Source of the DNA: Eledone cirrhosa
Taxonomy: Eukaryota
DNA: 64,000 bases
Direction: 5' to 3'
NCBI GenBank assembly: GCA_964016885.1
Contig: OZ024741.1
Coordinates: 241,738,001-241,802,000, forward strand
Below, one piece after another: positions 13,006 through 25,456 of the stretch (its first letter is position 1; every line of letters begins with the position of its first letter). The position numbers and the translations under genes were made by a program. The notes below the pieces were generated by a model. It made no database searches. It was not told the origin of the DNA and was given only the letters and a program-made list of their open reading frames with translations.

Positions 13006-13069
13006 GGAAGCAAGGTAAAAAAATGCATTGACTCCTGTGGCTTTGGCATTATATAGATCTTAATTCCTC

Positions 13070-13108
<39 letters not shown>

Positions 13109-14850
13109 AGGTGGTGTGTACGTGCGTGTGTATAGATGTATATATGCAACAGATACATTCATAAATAAATATAAACTTGTGGTGGAGTCTGGCTTATTGG
13201 TTATTTTATTTACAAATGATTTAAATTAAATTTCAATTTAGTTTGTAGATTAATCCATGATTGAATAGAATGAAACATGATTCTATTTTAATGAAAAAAA
13301 TTAATGTGTATTCTTTATATTTTGTTAAAAAAAACTCTATAACTTTACTGATGATATTGAATAATGGCATGGATCAATAGTTTAATGATTCAGCTTTGAA
13401 CACCTTCATATGTACAGGTGTCACAGTGTATAATTTCAGAGATGTTAAGTGGTTACTGATGAGACTGAGTAATATGAGGAATTAGCTCTCAATTCCCTTA
13501 TGTGTACAATTATCACTGATAGGATCTTTCATATAGTGATGGTATTTGTCTGTAGTTTGTGAAATTAGCTCTGAATTTCATCTTGTGTACAGGATCACAG
13601 AGCATGACTTTCAATCATCGTCATCAATCATTATCTTCATTGTCATCATTTAACATTCATTTTTCCTGCTACCAACGGTTTCCATAGACTATGTCAGTAC
13701 CCAAGCAGAGCTGCTAGTCTCTCAGTAGCCTGAATTTGACTTACACACACACACACACACACACATCGTGATCTACATAATAAACACACCCAGTAGACTC
13801 AGTAAACTGACTGGTGATTAGAAGGGCATCCAGCCATAGAAAGCTTGCCAAACAAAGGGTCGTGAGGACGCTTTTATTGTGCCAAAGATCTGACAGTCTT
13901 CCTAGAGTTGATAATTAGCATGGTAAGTAGTTACTTGTCCATACAAAAATACATTACATATGGCCAACTGCTGTCTTTATCGATAATAGGTTTGTATAAG
14001 GTTTAGGGTTTTGTTTTCACCAAGATATTCTCTATACTTCAATGAGGTAAAAGAACTGTCCTCATCTAACACAGTACTCTCTATACACCAGTGTAATTGA
14101 GGATATTTTTTCCTTAACTGCCTACATCTTCCCTATGCCTCTGAGCAGTTGTGGGAGCTTAAGTACTCCCTATATCTCCAGTGCATGAAGAGGGGGGGGG
14201 CTGACTCTCCTCTCCTCCTCCTCATCCCATTCTCATCCCTCTCCTCCATCACTCCCCTTCTCCTACTCTTCTTCCCCCTCCTCCATCACTCCCCTTTTCC
14301 TCCTCCTCTTCCCCTTTCCTCCTCCTCTTCTATAGATGAAGGGTGAGGGTTAGGCTGGGTAGGAGGGTGGTTAAGGAGGATATGTAGAATGAATGTTGTA
14401 GTGGGGGTGGGGGTGGAGATGAGGAATGAAGTGAGAGGAAAGAGGTGGATTGAAAGATAAACCTCATCAAACGAGGAATGAGAAGGACTGAGTATTGGCT
14501 TCTCAAATAAGCTTGGAGGCCTGCATTTCACTTATATGTGGTCCTGTACTCACTGAATGAATTTTATCATGACATCTGCATTATAGAGAGGTTGTTATGT
14601 CTTTGACTCAACTGAAGGATCCTCCTGACCCTTTGCTTGGCAGGTCTTCTATGACTTGAAGCTCTACCTATCACCAACCATTTTACATAGTGTACTAGGT
14701 CAGTTTATTACTAAGGAGATTGACATGACATTAACTCAACTGAATTGTCCTTCCAACACTGTCTGTCAGTCTCATTAACCCTTCTAAGAGCAAATACAGG
14801 AGAGTCACTAAACAACATTTACAACAAAATCATGAAGTCACTACCTTAAG

Positions 14851-15019
14851 CAGTGTCAGATTTACCATTGTGCTTAGGTGTGCTTAAAGTACAGGAACTC
14901 GTTGGCCCAGGGGGCGCCCATCTTCCTGCCAAAAAAAATGTTTTCCTCCTTCATGGCCTAAGTAAGGAGCCTCATAACTTAACTAGCACAGTGCCTCATT
15001 TGTCCTAAATCAAGCACTG
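14851..15019. mobile_element. hAT-like MITE
   Basis: Imperfect TIRs cagtgtcagattta / taaatcaagcactg; 8-bp TSD accttaag / accttatg. Confidence 0.6.
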
Positions 15020-15294
15020 ACCTTATGACAGTAACAGTGCCAGCACTGTATTCAACTAGTTCAGCAATGTGTAGCATTATCTTCACTATCTAGTCTACTT
15101 CTGTACATCTGCAAATACTGTTAGTGCAAGGTGAACCTAGTAAGAGCAGAGCTGTTGCTGTTACCTCACACACAAATAGATGTAAATTCATCTAATTTGA
15201 TATAGTTAACTTCTATATGTCCATTTCTATAACTCTTCTCTGCATGGCACTGAAATTTGGAAGAACACATTGCACCACAAATGAAAGCAATATA

Positions 15295-15509
15295 CAATGT
15301 GTCCCCTATAAAATGTATACACACTTTGATTACCTGTACAGGCAATATTTAATGAATGCACAGCCTTTCCCCAAAATAAAATGATCTACAGACATAATTC
15401 AATTGTATGTAAACACTCAAAAATGTTTAAATAATGCATATAAAACAATTTATTTTAATGCATTTTGGGGGGCTGAGGAAGTGTGTATACATCTTTCTGG
15501 GACACCCTG
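15295..15509. mobile_element. Tc1/mariner-type MITE (second copy 58872-59089); its right end plus flank is tandemly duplicated (118-bp period, 15462-15704)
   Basis: TIRs ca..gtgtccc..aaa.atgtatacacact / agtgtgtatacatctttctgggacaccctg, TA flanks. Confidence 0.75.
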
Positions 15510-15709
15510 TAGATATTATTTACATAGCAGGAAATCTGTTTTTACAATAAGGATGTAGCATGGGTGATCTAACAATACTTATTTTGGGGGCTGATGAAGT
15601 GTGTATACATCTTTCTGGGACACCCTGTAGATATTATTTACATAGCAGGAAATCTGTTTTTACAATAAGGATGTAGCATGGGTGATGTAACAATACTTAT
15701 TTTGATATC

Positions 15710-16160
15710 AGAAAGGAAGACTGTATGATACCACTGTGAGAAGTGTGATGTTGCATGATAGTGAGACATGAGCAGTAAATACAGTGGATATGTGAAAGCT
15801 GGAGTGATATGAAGCGGGTATGCTCCACTAGATGTGTGATGTTAATTTGTATGACAACAAAGCAAGGACCAGCTGATAGAAAAAAATAGCTATAAGGGGA
15901 ATCAGATATAGTTAGCAAGAATAAAGACTGTGTTGGTATGGACATGTGATGTGTATGTATGAGAACAGTTGGGTGAGGATCCCAGTGGAGGGAAGCTACA
16001 GTAGAGGAAGACTGTGGAAGAATTGGGTAGATGTGGTTAGAGCTTATCACTAAATGCTGAAATTTACAGAGGAGATGATGAAAGAATGCAATGAGTAGAG
16101 GCACACAGTTCTAAAAAAGACCCATCTAACTCATGCAAGTATGGACAAGTGGGTGTAAAA
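15710..16160 (+). pseudogene. Degenerate RTE 3' fragment; a SINE (16162-16331, minus) is inserted in its tail
   Basis: gaaggaagactgtatga..., tgttggtatggacatgtgatg, cccatctaactcatgcaag; SINE flanked by taaaataat. Confidence 0.65.
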
Positions 16161-16439
16161 TAATTGTTTCTAATTTTGGCACAAGGCCAGCAATTACTCA
16201 GTACATTACTGGTATTTTATTTTATCGACCCCGTAAGGATGAAAAGCAAAGTTAACCTCGATGGGATTTGAACTCAGACCGTAAAGGGACGTAACTATGC
16301 TGGAAAGCATGGCGTCCGACCCTCTACCGATAAAATAATGATGAGAAGGATGTTAGAATGGGTCACTGGATGACACAGACATTTTCAGTTATGTCAGATT
16401 ATACATCTTAGACTTAATCAAAGCAGATTTTAAAATCTA

Positions 16440-17510
16440 AGACATACAACTACATTCAGGCAATAACTTGACTTTCTTAGAAAATATTAACAAACACAAA
16501 TTAATTAGAATTAGAAAATATTTAATCAATACTTTTAAAGAACTAAGACTTGATATTTCTGTAGCCACAAATACAAGCATTGTGAACTTTTTTAGATGTC
16601 TCCTTAGATTTAGATAAGACAATTATTAACTCTATAGAAAAGCTAATTAAAATGTTATGTGTATCAACACAAATACCAACCATACCTCTATCATTTTCAT
16701 GAAATTAGTTAGAATTTCTGATATTTGTTCAGACAAAACTACATATGACAGAACAGCTTTTTACTACAATAATGATTTAGAATACAATGCTCTCAAAGTA
16801 AAAATACCTTTCATATCGGAGGCTGCTTAATTTATGAACAACGAAAAGAAATCTTCGAAAAAAATTCACCTTAACTAAAATGTCTTCTAGTTCTACCTAT
16901 CAGTCAATGTCATAAAGGTAAAAATGTTCTAAATTCTATTTGTAAATATTTCATTGTTGGCCACAAACTGCAAAAACTATTCAATTAACAAAATACCAAA
17001 ATTAGTAACATCGTTGCAAGTAGTAGTCTCACTAACCAACTCCATATATTTGGAAACCGTGCAACTAAGGCAATAATCCATCACCCAACTAGAGATGAGG
17101 AGACAATTATAAAGATAACAATCACTGTCACTGTAAAAGTTACCATAAATATAATACTGAATTAATAGTTTACCAAAGTATTAAATTTACTCACTTTTAC
17201 ATAGCTATATGTGAAGGACCTTTTAGCAGTCGTTACACAAATTTCAAATCTACATTTAAATTTACAAGTAAGAAGAATGCCATAGCTCCCTCAAGCTATG
17301 TATGGCAACTAAAAGAGACACAATAATTATAATATATCTTCCCCATCTTAGCCTAGAAGAACAAATATATTAATGAGAAAAACCTATACAACCACTGCAA
17401 TGAAGAGGAAAATGAGAATTGGAAATTTTAACTAAAACAACAAACATTCTAAAAAAAATGACCAAGTTAATCAGTAAAGGCCAGCTCCAATCAAATTAGA
17501 ACACTGAAAC
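16440..17510 (+). pseudogene. Decayed Penelope-like element ORF (RT C-half plus GIY-YIG, Naiad-like)
   Basis: Manual translation gives RIRKYLINTFKELRLDISVATNTSIVNFLDVSLDL, LYRKAN, INTNTNH, RISDICS..YYNNDL, HKLQKLFN, RYTNFKSTFK and LSSYVWQLKE across frameshifts. Confidence 0.7.
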
Positions 17511-17574
17511 TGGAATTAGATGCCAATGAATATATATATATATATATTGTAATCTCTCTCTATATATATTGCCT

Positions 17575-17836
17575 AAGTCTGTCTTAAGCCATTTAAGGCT
17601 TGTTAGACTGGTGCTTATCCCAGTTTCATGGCGTGAAGGGACTGAGAGTACAAGACTCCCCCCTGGACAGGACGCCAGTCCATAACAGGGTTACACCCCC
17701 AGCTTTTGGTAAACATTTTCAACTGAGTATACTGGGGCAATGTGAAATGAAGTGTTTTGCTCAAGAAGATAACACGCAACCCAGCCCAGGAATCAAACCC
17801 ACAACATTATCATTGTAAGTCCAACACCCTTACCAC
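17575..17836 (-). mobile_element. tRNA-derived SINE
   Basis: Reverse complement of the 21111-21393 family. Confidence 0.75.
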
Positions 17837-18319
17837 ATATATTTGAATTTCTTAGTTGAGGAATAAGAGAGACCAAATTTAAATGAATACACCATATGCA
17901 TTAATCATTTTAATCTGTAGAGATTAGCACATGATGATCTCTTCAGTTATATACGCACTTAAACACACACATGTACATGCACACCCACATACACACATGT
18001 ATATATAATAGGATGAGGAGTCTGACTGTGAGTCTGTGGTGTGTGTGTGTGTATGTATCATGATATGTATTACATCTGTTGGTATTCTATTATGTAACAC
18101 ACATGGATATTATTGTACTGGATATGCAAAAAGATAGGATGGCCAAAGATGAAATATCTTTCACCATATGTCAGTTTCACCAAGCTGACCTGGGGTTAAA
18201 CAACAACTGAAACAACTGGTAGTTATAATATTGAACTCTGGTTGGTGAAAGACAATATCAACTATTTTAGGGTTTGAACTCATGACTGTATCATACAATA
18301 AGGAATCAATTTGAAGTCT

Positions 18320-18674
18320 TTCACAAGCTGTAGTTCCCCAACTACCTTTTGATCACGACCGTGACCTCTGGCATCACGCACTAGTACAGAGTACCCAACT
18401 TCCCATAGGTACAAGCCGAAGCTGAAGCATATAGACAATATGCCCCCACACCCTCCCACTGTAAAGTGGACGTGTAGGTGCCACGGAAAAAAGCACCCAG
18501 CACTCACTGTAAATGAGGTTGGTGTTAGGAAGGGCATCCAGCTGTAGAAATCAAGCCAAAATCAGTTCCCGTATGAACAAGACAAGGTCAGCCGACCAGA
18601 CACTGCCCACAACAGGACAACCCGTCTAACCCATGCTAGCGTGGAAGAACGGACATAAAACGGTGATGATGATG
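18320..18674 (+). mobile_element. 5'-truncated copy of the intact RTE family (ORF end plus 3' UTR)
   Basis: cacgaccgtgacctctggcatcacgca ... ggaagaacggacataaaacggtgatgatgatga, near-identical to 45487-45887. Confidence 0.9.
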
Positions 18675-18739
18675 AACATGTACCTACAAGATTATCAACC
18701 TCCACTTCATGGCTTACCAACACCATTACCTGAGGGCAC

Positions 18740-19675
18740 GTCAACATTATCATCTCATAACACACAAATATTATCACCTTATGGTACACTATGGTGGCAC
18801 ACCAACATTATCATCTCATTACAGACCAACATTATCATCTCATGGCATACCAGCATTATCATGTCTTAACACACCAACATTATCACCTCATGGTACACCA
18901 ATACTATTATATTATGGTAGCACACCAACATTATCACCTTATGGCACATCAACATTATCACCTCATGGCACACAAATATTATTACATTATGGTGGCACAC
19001 CAAAATTATCATCTCATAACACACAAACATTATCACCTCATGGCACACCAATACTATTACATCATGATGGCACACCAACATTATTACCTCATGGCACATC
19101 AACATTATTACCCCATGGCACATCAACATTATTACCTCATGGCACATCAACATTATTACCCCATGGCACATCAACATTATTACCTCATGGCACATCAACA
19201 TTATTACCTCATGATTGGCGGTGGATTGGCAGTATCGGTAGAGGGTCGGACGCCATGCTTTGCAGCAAAGAGTTACGGTCCTTGCCATTCTGAGTTCAAA
19301 TCCCGCCAAGGTTTACTTTGCCTTTCATCCTTACGGGGTCGATAAAATAAAGTACCAGTAATGCACTGGGTAATTGCTGGCCTTGTGCCAAAAGTAGAAA
19401 CAATTATTACCTCATGACACACCAACATTATCATCTCTTGACACACCAACATTATCATCTCTTAACAGACCAACATTATCATCTCCTAACATACCAACAT
19501 TATCACCTCATGACACACCAACATTATCATCTCATGACACACCAACATTATCATCTCATAACAGACCAATATTATCATCTCCTAACATACCAACATTATC
19601 ACCTCATGTCACTCAAACATTATCGCCTCTTGGCACACCAATATTATCATCTCATCAGGCTCCAATATTATCACA
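18740..19675. repeat. 24-bp minisatellite with a SINE insertion
   Basis: Unit attatcacctcatggcacaccaac. Confidence 0.9.
19215..19402 (+). mobile_element. Full-length tRNA-derived SINE with 15-bp TSD
   Basis: A box tggcagtatcgg, B box gttcaaatc, central ctttcatccttacggggtcgataaaataaagtaccag; attattacctcatga at 19200-19214 and 19403-19417. Confidence 0.9.
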
Positions 19676-19902
19676 TTCTTTTGTAATCTCTTTGATTAAA
19701 TATTGGTTCACAAATGTCAGCAGTTTCATAAAATTTGATAATGTATCCAATTAGACTGACTAGATCCTCAATAAATCATGAAACTGTTTTTCAGTAAGTT
19801 CTTCTCACTTGAAAAAGATCTGTTAATGGATATATGTAAGTTGCCCCTTGGACCTGCTTCTTCAACACTCTTATAATTCTTGGCTGCTGCTGCTGTTCTT
19901 GT

Positions 19903-20118
19903 TTAACCCTTCAACATTTACATTACTCTATAGTTGTTATAGTATTTTCGCAATAAAGGCTTTATATCCCATAATATTGAATCTTCAAGATTTTGATGTC
20001 ATTTATCTTTAGAACAATACCTTAACGTCAGTATGAACAGCTGGTTATGGCTGGTTTGAACAGAAAGAGGTGAGAGAATTCTGACCAGATATGGCCAGTT
20101 TAAATGCCAAAGTGTTAA
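19903..20118. mobile_element. piggyBac-like MITE (other copies 33873-34101 and partial 50178-50390)
   Basis: TTAA-flanked, TIR ccctt.a.cattta; internal sequence shared among the three copies. Confidence 0.7.
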
Positions 20119-20269
20119 CCCCTGGTCAGTCCAAATCATGCAGCTCTGTTGTTACATGTAGTCCAGTTGTGACTATCTTATCTTTTTATTTTTGTCATAG
20201 TGTATCTAGGAGTACATTGCCTAATGTATCTTCCCTTGCTGCTGTTATTGTTAGGCTCTCAAGTATGGA

Positions 20270-20480
20270 AGACTGGTAGAATTGTTAGAGTGTTGGACAA
20301 AATATTTTGCAGCATTTAGATACAGCCGTTTACAATCGGAGTTCAAATCCCACCATGGTCAACTTTGCTTTTCATCCTTTCAAGGTCAATAAAATAAAGT
20401 TCTAGTAAAGTGCTGGTGTCAATATAATCAACTCACCCCTCCCCACAAATAGCTCAACTTTTGTGTAAATTAGAAATCAT
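20270..20480 (+). mobile_element. Degenerate SINE of the 19215 family
   Basis: gagttcaaatcccacc..tcaactttgcttttcatcctttcaaggtcaataaaataaagt. Confidence 0.7.
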
Positions 20481-21110
20481 TGTTAGACCCCTAAATCAAC
20501 CCTTATGCAGGACATTCATGATCAGATGTGTTCCAACCTGTCATTATATAGGCATCTAGGATGACACTAGCTGATGTGCCCTTTTTTTAATGTTAACAAT
20601 TTAGAAGCTGATTTGAGAGAGATTTTTCTCCCAATTCTAACAGGTCACTATATCACATAGAGGTTACCTCATGAACTAATGGAAACCTTTCCTTCTTTTA
20701 CTCTCCTCACCTACATACCCTCACCATTACAAGGTCAGGAAAGGGCATGAGCATAGCAACACTGTATATTCTTCCTCCCTGTAAATCTATAAAAATAAAC
20801 CATCAAAGTAGTAGGCCTTGTTGTTTAACACCAGTTCACTCTGATCAAGCAAGCCTAGGCTCAAACAGATATAGATGGTGACCTGGTAGAGGTGTTAGAG
20901 TGTCAGATGAGATGATAAGATACCTTATAGTATTTGATCCAATTTTTGGTGTTCTGAATTCTTTGCTGGTGGACTTAATTCACCATTCAGTTCAACACCA
21001 ACTCCTAGTTCTTGGATGCCTTTAGTAGAGTTCAGTCTGTTTCAAGTTTTTGAGCTAGGTTTTCTACTTGAGGATATCTTCCAGAAGTTTTTAGAGGCCC
21101 TAATAAATTA

Positions 21111-21393
21111 AGGTACATGGCTTGGTGGGTAGGGTGTTAGACTTACAATCATAATGTATGGATTTGATTCCTGGACTGGGTGGTGTGTTGTCTTCTTGAG
21201 CAAAATACATCATTTCAAGTTGCTCCAGTCTACTCAGCTGAAAATGAGTACCAGCAATAGTTGGATGTATAACCCTACAATGGACTGGTGTCCTGTCCAG
21301 GAGGGAGTCATGTGCTCTCAGTCATTTAACACCAAGGAAACTAGGATAAACACTGGCCTAATGAGCCTCCAGACTTGAGACAGACATTAGACT
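21111..21393 (+). mobile_element. tRNA-derived CORE-type SINE
   Basis: tRNA-like head, ttgagcaaaatacatcatttc core, aaccctacaatggactggtgtcctgtccagg. Confidence 0.75.
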
Positions 21394-22594
21394 TCAGAAT
21401 AAATTAAGACTCGTGGGTACTGCCCATCTCCCTCTCTGACTAAATTATTATACATATATAAATTAAAATAAAAAACTGCTTTCTAGCAGTGAACATTGCA
21501 CCTTTTTTCAGGCATCTAAATTATCTAGATTTTCTTTTTTTTAAGATAGTATGGTGTTGTTTGGTGGCCGATTTGATTGCTATTTTGTAGAAGTCTGAAC
21601 AACCACAGAGAGAGTCCATTACTGTCTCGTCAAAGTGCCATGATGTCCAGCAAAATGAATGATTTAGGATCTATGAGATGGATTAGTCAGCAATGTGAGC
21701 AGTGTGATAAACACTTTAGCTAATGCCACCATGTCTAGATATTAAAAATGTCACATGTTTGAGTTGTTTGATCTGACAGCGACATTGATCAGCTTACATT
21801 TGTACTGAGTTTAGTCTTGGAGATGGCAGAGTAGCAGAGTAGTAGTTTTAGTTAAATAAGAGTGACCAGTTTTTGACTATAACCCCAACATGTACTTTGC
21901 ATCCATTCACAATTTACACTGTAATTATATTTTATTTCGACCATTAGTCCACTGTTTAATATATGTAAGATATACCTCCTACTTTCTGTATATCTTTATC
22001 TCTGTCTCTCTTACACACCACACACAGATTGATACATATACACATACACAAATACACATATACAGATTATATAGTTCCACCAATAACCATTCTCTTTCAG
22101 TTGTCGCTTATAAAGTAGATTCCATTTTCAGTTGCTGCTTCTTTTTAATGTGCAATCTGCATTAGGTTATTGCTGTAAGGTTTAATTACTGATGGTGCAT
22201 TTGTAAACGCAGCTCTTTGGTGTTTTTGCAAGCCGTTTTATAGCTAGAAGAAGTAATGAGCTTAGCTTTTATGACTGACATTGCTTTAACGGCTGCTGGT
22301 TATCGGCTTCATTTTGCTCACTTCTCCAGGTGTTATGAGCTCTTCGTCTTACGATGCTTTATAATACTAAAGACTTTTATGATTTCATTCCTGCTTGGCA
22401 CTGCTGCAGAGCACTTAAATTGGACATATAAAAAGTAATAAGGCCTGACACCTGAAATGGTATTTGGCAGGCTTAACGTATGGAAGCCTGCCAAAGCAAT
22501 AATCTTGTCCTAATCATTTTGACCAAGTAGATTGTTTCCCCGCCAGTCTTCAACCAAAGATACAATCGTTGGTGCTCTGCTGTTCACTGTTATT

Positions 22595-22829
22595 GTGAGT
22601 GTGCTTGTGTGTGTGTATGTGTGTGTGTTTGTACATGTGTGTGTTTATGTGTGTGTGTGTGTGTTTGTACACACGTGTATGGGTGAGTGTGTATATGTGT
22701 GTGTGTGCTTGCACATATGTGAGTGTATGTGTATGTATGTATATGTGTGTGTGTATGCGTGCTTGTATATATGTATGTGTGTGTGGGTGGGTGTGTGTGT
22801 GTATGTATGTGTGCTTATACATGTGTGTA

Positions 22830-22894
<65 letters not shown>

Positions 22895-23320
22895 TGAAAC
22901 AAGTGTAGGTCTTGTTCCATGGCAGAACTGAGGTGAAATTCAAATGACTAACCTACAGCTATTGCTTGAGAGAGGTGTTAATTTTAATAAACTGCAATTT
23001 AGGTGTTTCTTACCCTGTCGAAGCTAAAGTGGGGTGAGGGGGGGGGGGGGGGAGACACAGACATATGTGTGGGGGAGGGGGGATGAGAGACAGACATAGA
23101 AAGAAAGAGAGAGAGATAGACAGAGAGAGAGAGAGAGAGAGAGGCAGATTTGGTGGGGGAAGGACGAAGAGTATGTGTGTATATATATATATATATACAC
23201 AGACATATATATATATACATATATAGAGAAAGGGAGTGAGAGAGATGTGGTGGGAGAAGGCAGATGAAGAGGGAAATGAGAGACAGACATAGAGAAAGTG
23301 CAAAAGATACACAGAGGGAG

Positions 23321-23407
<87 letters not shown>

Positions 23408-24270
23408 GAACAGAGAGATTATAAAGCTCAGAATTATAAATACAATTCTCTCTTTCAATCTCTCTCTCTCTCTCTCTCTCTCTCCCTTCTCTCTCTCTAT
23501 CACTCTCTCTGTCTTCTCTTCTTTATCTCTCTTTCTCTCTCACACATTCTTTCTCTATATATCCCTCTCATTGACTCTCTCTCGCTCACATTCTTTTTCT
23601 ATTTATATATCTCTCTCTCTCTCTCTCTTTTACTCTCTCACTCTCTCTGTTTCTCTCTATATATCTCACTCTCTCTCTCTCTCCCTGCTTGTCTCCCCCC
23701 TCTCTCTCACTGATAAAGCAACATAGAAGCAGAGACACCAGACCTATCACTTAAAACTGGGATAAAGGAAACTTTTAATATACAACCTTTAATATATTAC
23801 AGTACACACACACATACAAACATACATATAATTACATATACATGCACATGCACAGACACACACAAACATACACATACATGCACACACAAACTCATACATC
23901 GACACACACATACACCACACATACGCATTCATGCACATACACATACATGGACACATACATACACCACACATTCATGCACATGCACACACACTCATACATA
24001 GACACACACATACACATACACCACACATGCACATACATACACCTACATACATGTACTCACACACATACATGCACAAACACAAAAACATAAAAACATACAT
24101 ACACACACACATATATACACTTTCTTACACATACAGACACACATAGACATACACATACAGACAGACACCTACACACATATACGCATGCACACACACATAC
24201 GCACACACAGATGCATGCATGCGCATACATATACACAAACAAACACTGACAGTTACACACACACATATAT
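22595..24270. repeat. Compound microsatellites (TG, GA, TA, TC, CA)
   Basis: Directly visible; accounts for the many spurious ORFs here. Confidence 0.9.
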
Positions 24271-24871
24271 AAACAAGACTGTTGATTTATTAAAGTTTTT
24301 TACATTTTGAAAATATCGTCACCACAATGCAGCTAACTACAATAAGTAAACTGAGGTGTACAATATTTATCTTCAACCTCCCTGCACATGCCCCCCTGCC
24401 CCCACCTCACACACATACACCATTCCTAGCAGCTGCCTTCTCCTCATGTGAAGTGGTTGGTGATGGGAAGGGCATTCAGCCATGTAGGGTTTGTCAAACA
24501 AAGGGTTCAGAGGACCCTTCAATCGTATCATAGGCATGACAACTTCCCTAATATTTGGGGAGGTACATGATAAATGGTCCCAATACATGCTGTAAAGTGT
24601 TTGGTGATAGGAAGGGCATCCAGCTGTAGAAAACTTGCCAAACAAAAGGGTTGGAAGTCCATATCCTCAGTTGTGTGAAAGACATGAAAACCTCACCTGT
24701 GCACTTGCTGAGGTGTTTACCATACATAAAGTGAGACACAGATCCTTGGCCTGCCTGGGAGATCAGTGGCACCACTTCAGTACTGACTTGGTCTATGTAA
24801 GCCCATCCAACCGGTGTTAGGAGGGAAAGTGGATGTTAAAATGATCATCATGATGATAATGATGTTTGATG

Positions 24872-24914
<43 letters not shown>

Positions 24915-24959
24915 AAGTTAAATAAAAAGTCAAATGATTAAAATTTAGCTTCGTTTATT

Positions 24960-25014
24960 ACTGCTATATATATTTTAGTGACAGCCATCTTTGGCTGTGA
25001 CCTCTTCAGGCAGT
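24960..25014 (-). ncRNA. Degenerate minimal hammerhead ribozyme (PLE pLTR remnant)
   Basis: actgc-CTGAAGA-ggtcacagccaaagatggctgtcact-AAAA-tatata-TA-gcagt; GAAA has become AAAA. Confidence 0.6.
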
Positions 25015-25128
25015 TTGAATTAGTATGGTATAGACAAGTACATATGTTGTTGAGGTGTATAATATTGTCAATACTCTGATATGCCCAGTTCCTGGTTGGG
25101 TTGTTATTTCATTGAGGAACTGGAATCA

Positions 25129-25182
<54 letters not shown>

Positions 25183-25456
25183 GGTATTGGATGCTTACAG
25201 CGTCCGTATGCGGTAGACCGTATGAGCACTCGATGCTCTCATAGAACAGAGTATGATATCACAGAAAAAAGAGAATCAGTGTTGCAACGAAAGGAATTTA
25301 TTGGACATATTACAATTGTTTCTCGGGCGACCAGTTCGAGGCCCGATCGATATGGTGATCAAACCTGACTCTGAAATTGCGCGGTCCTCGGATACGTCTC
25401 GATTCTACGAAGCAGATTTTCCTATTAAAGGACAATAGGAAAATCTGCTTCGTAGA

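Noticed and set aside
18709-19686. His/Tyr-rich repetitive ORFs
   Set aside because: 24-bp minisatellite, open in several frames and interrupted by a SINE.
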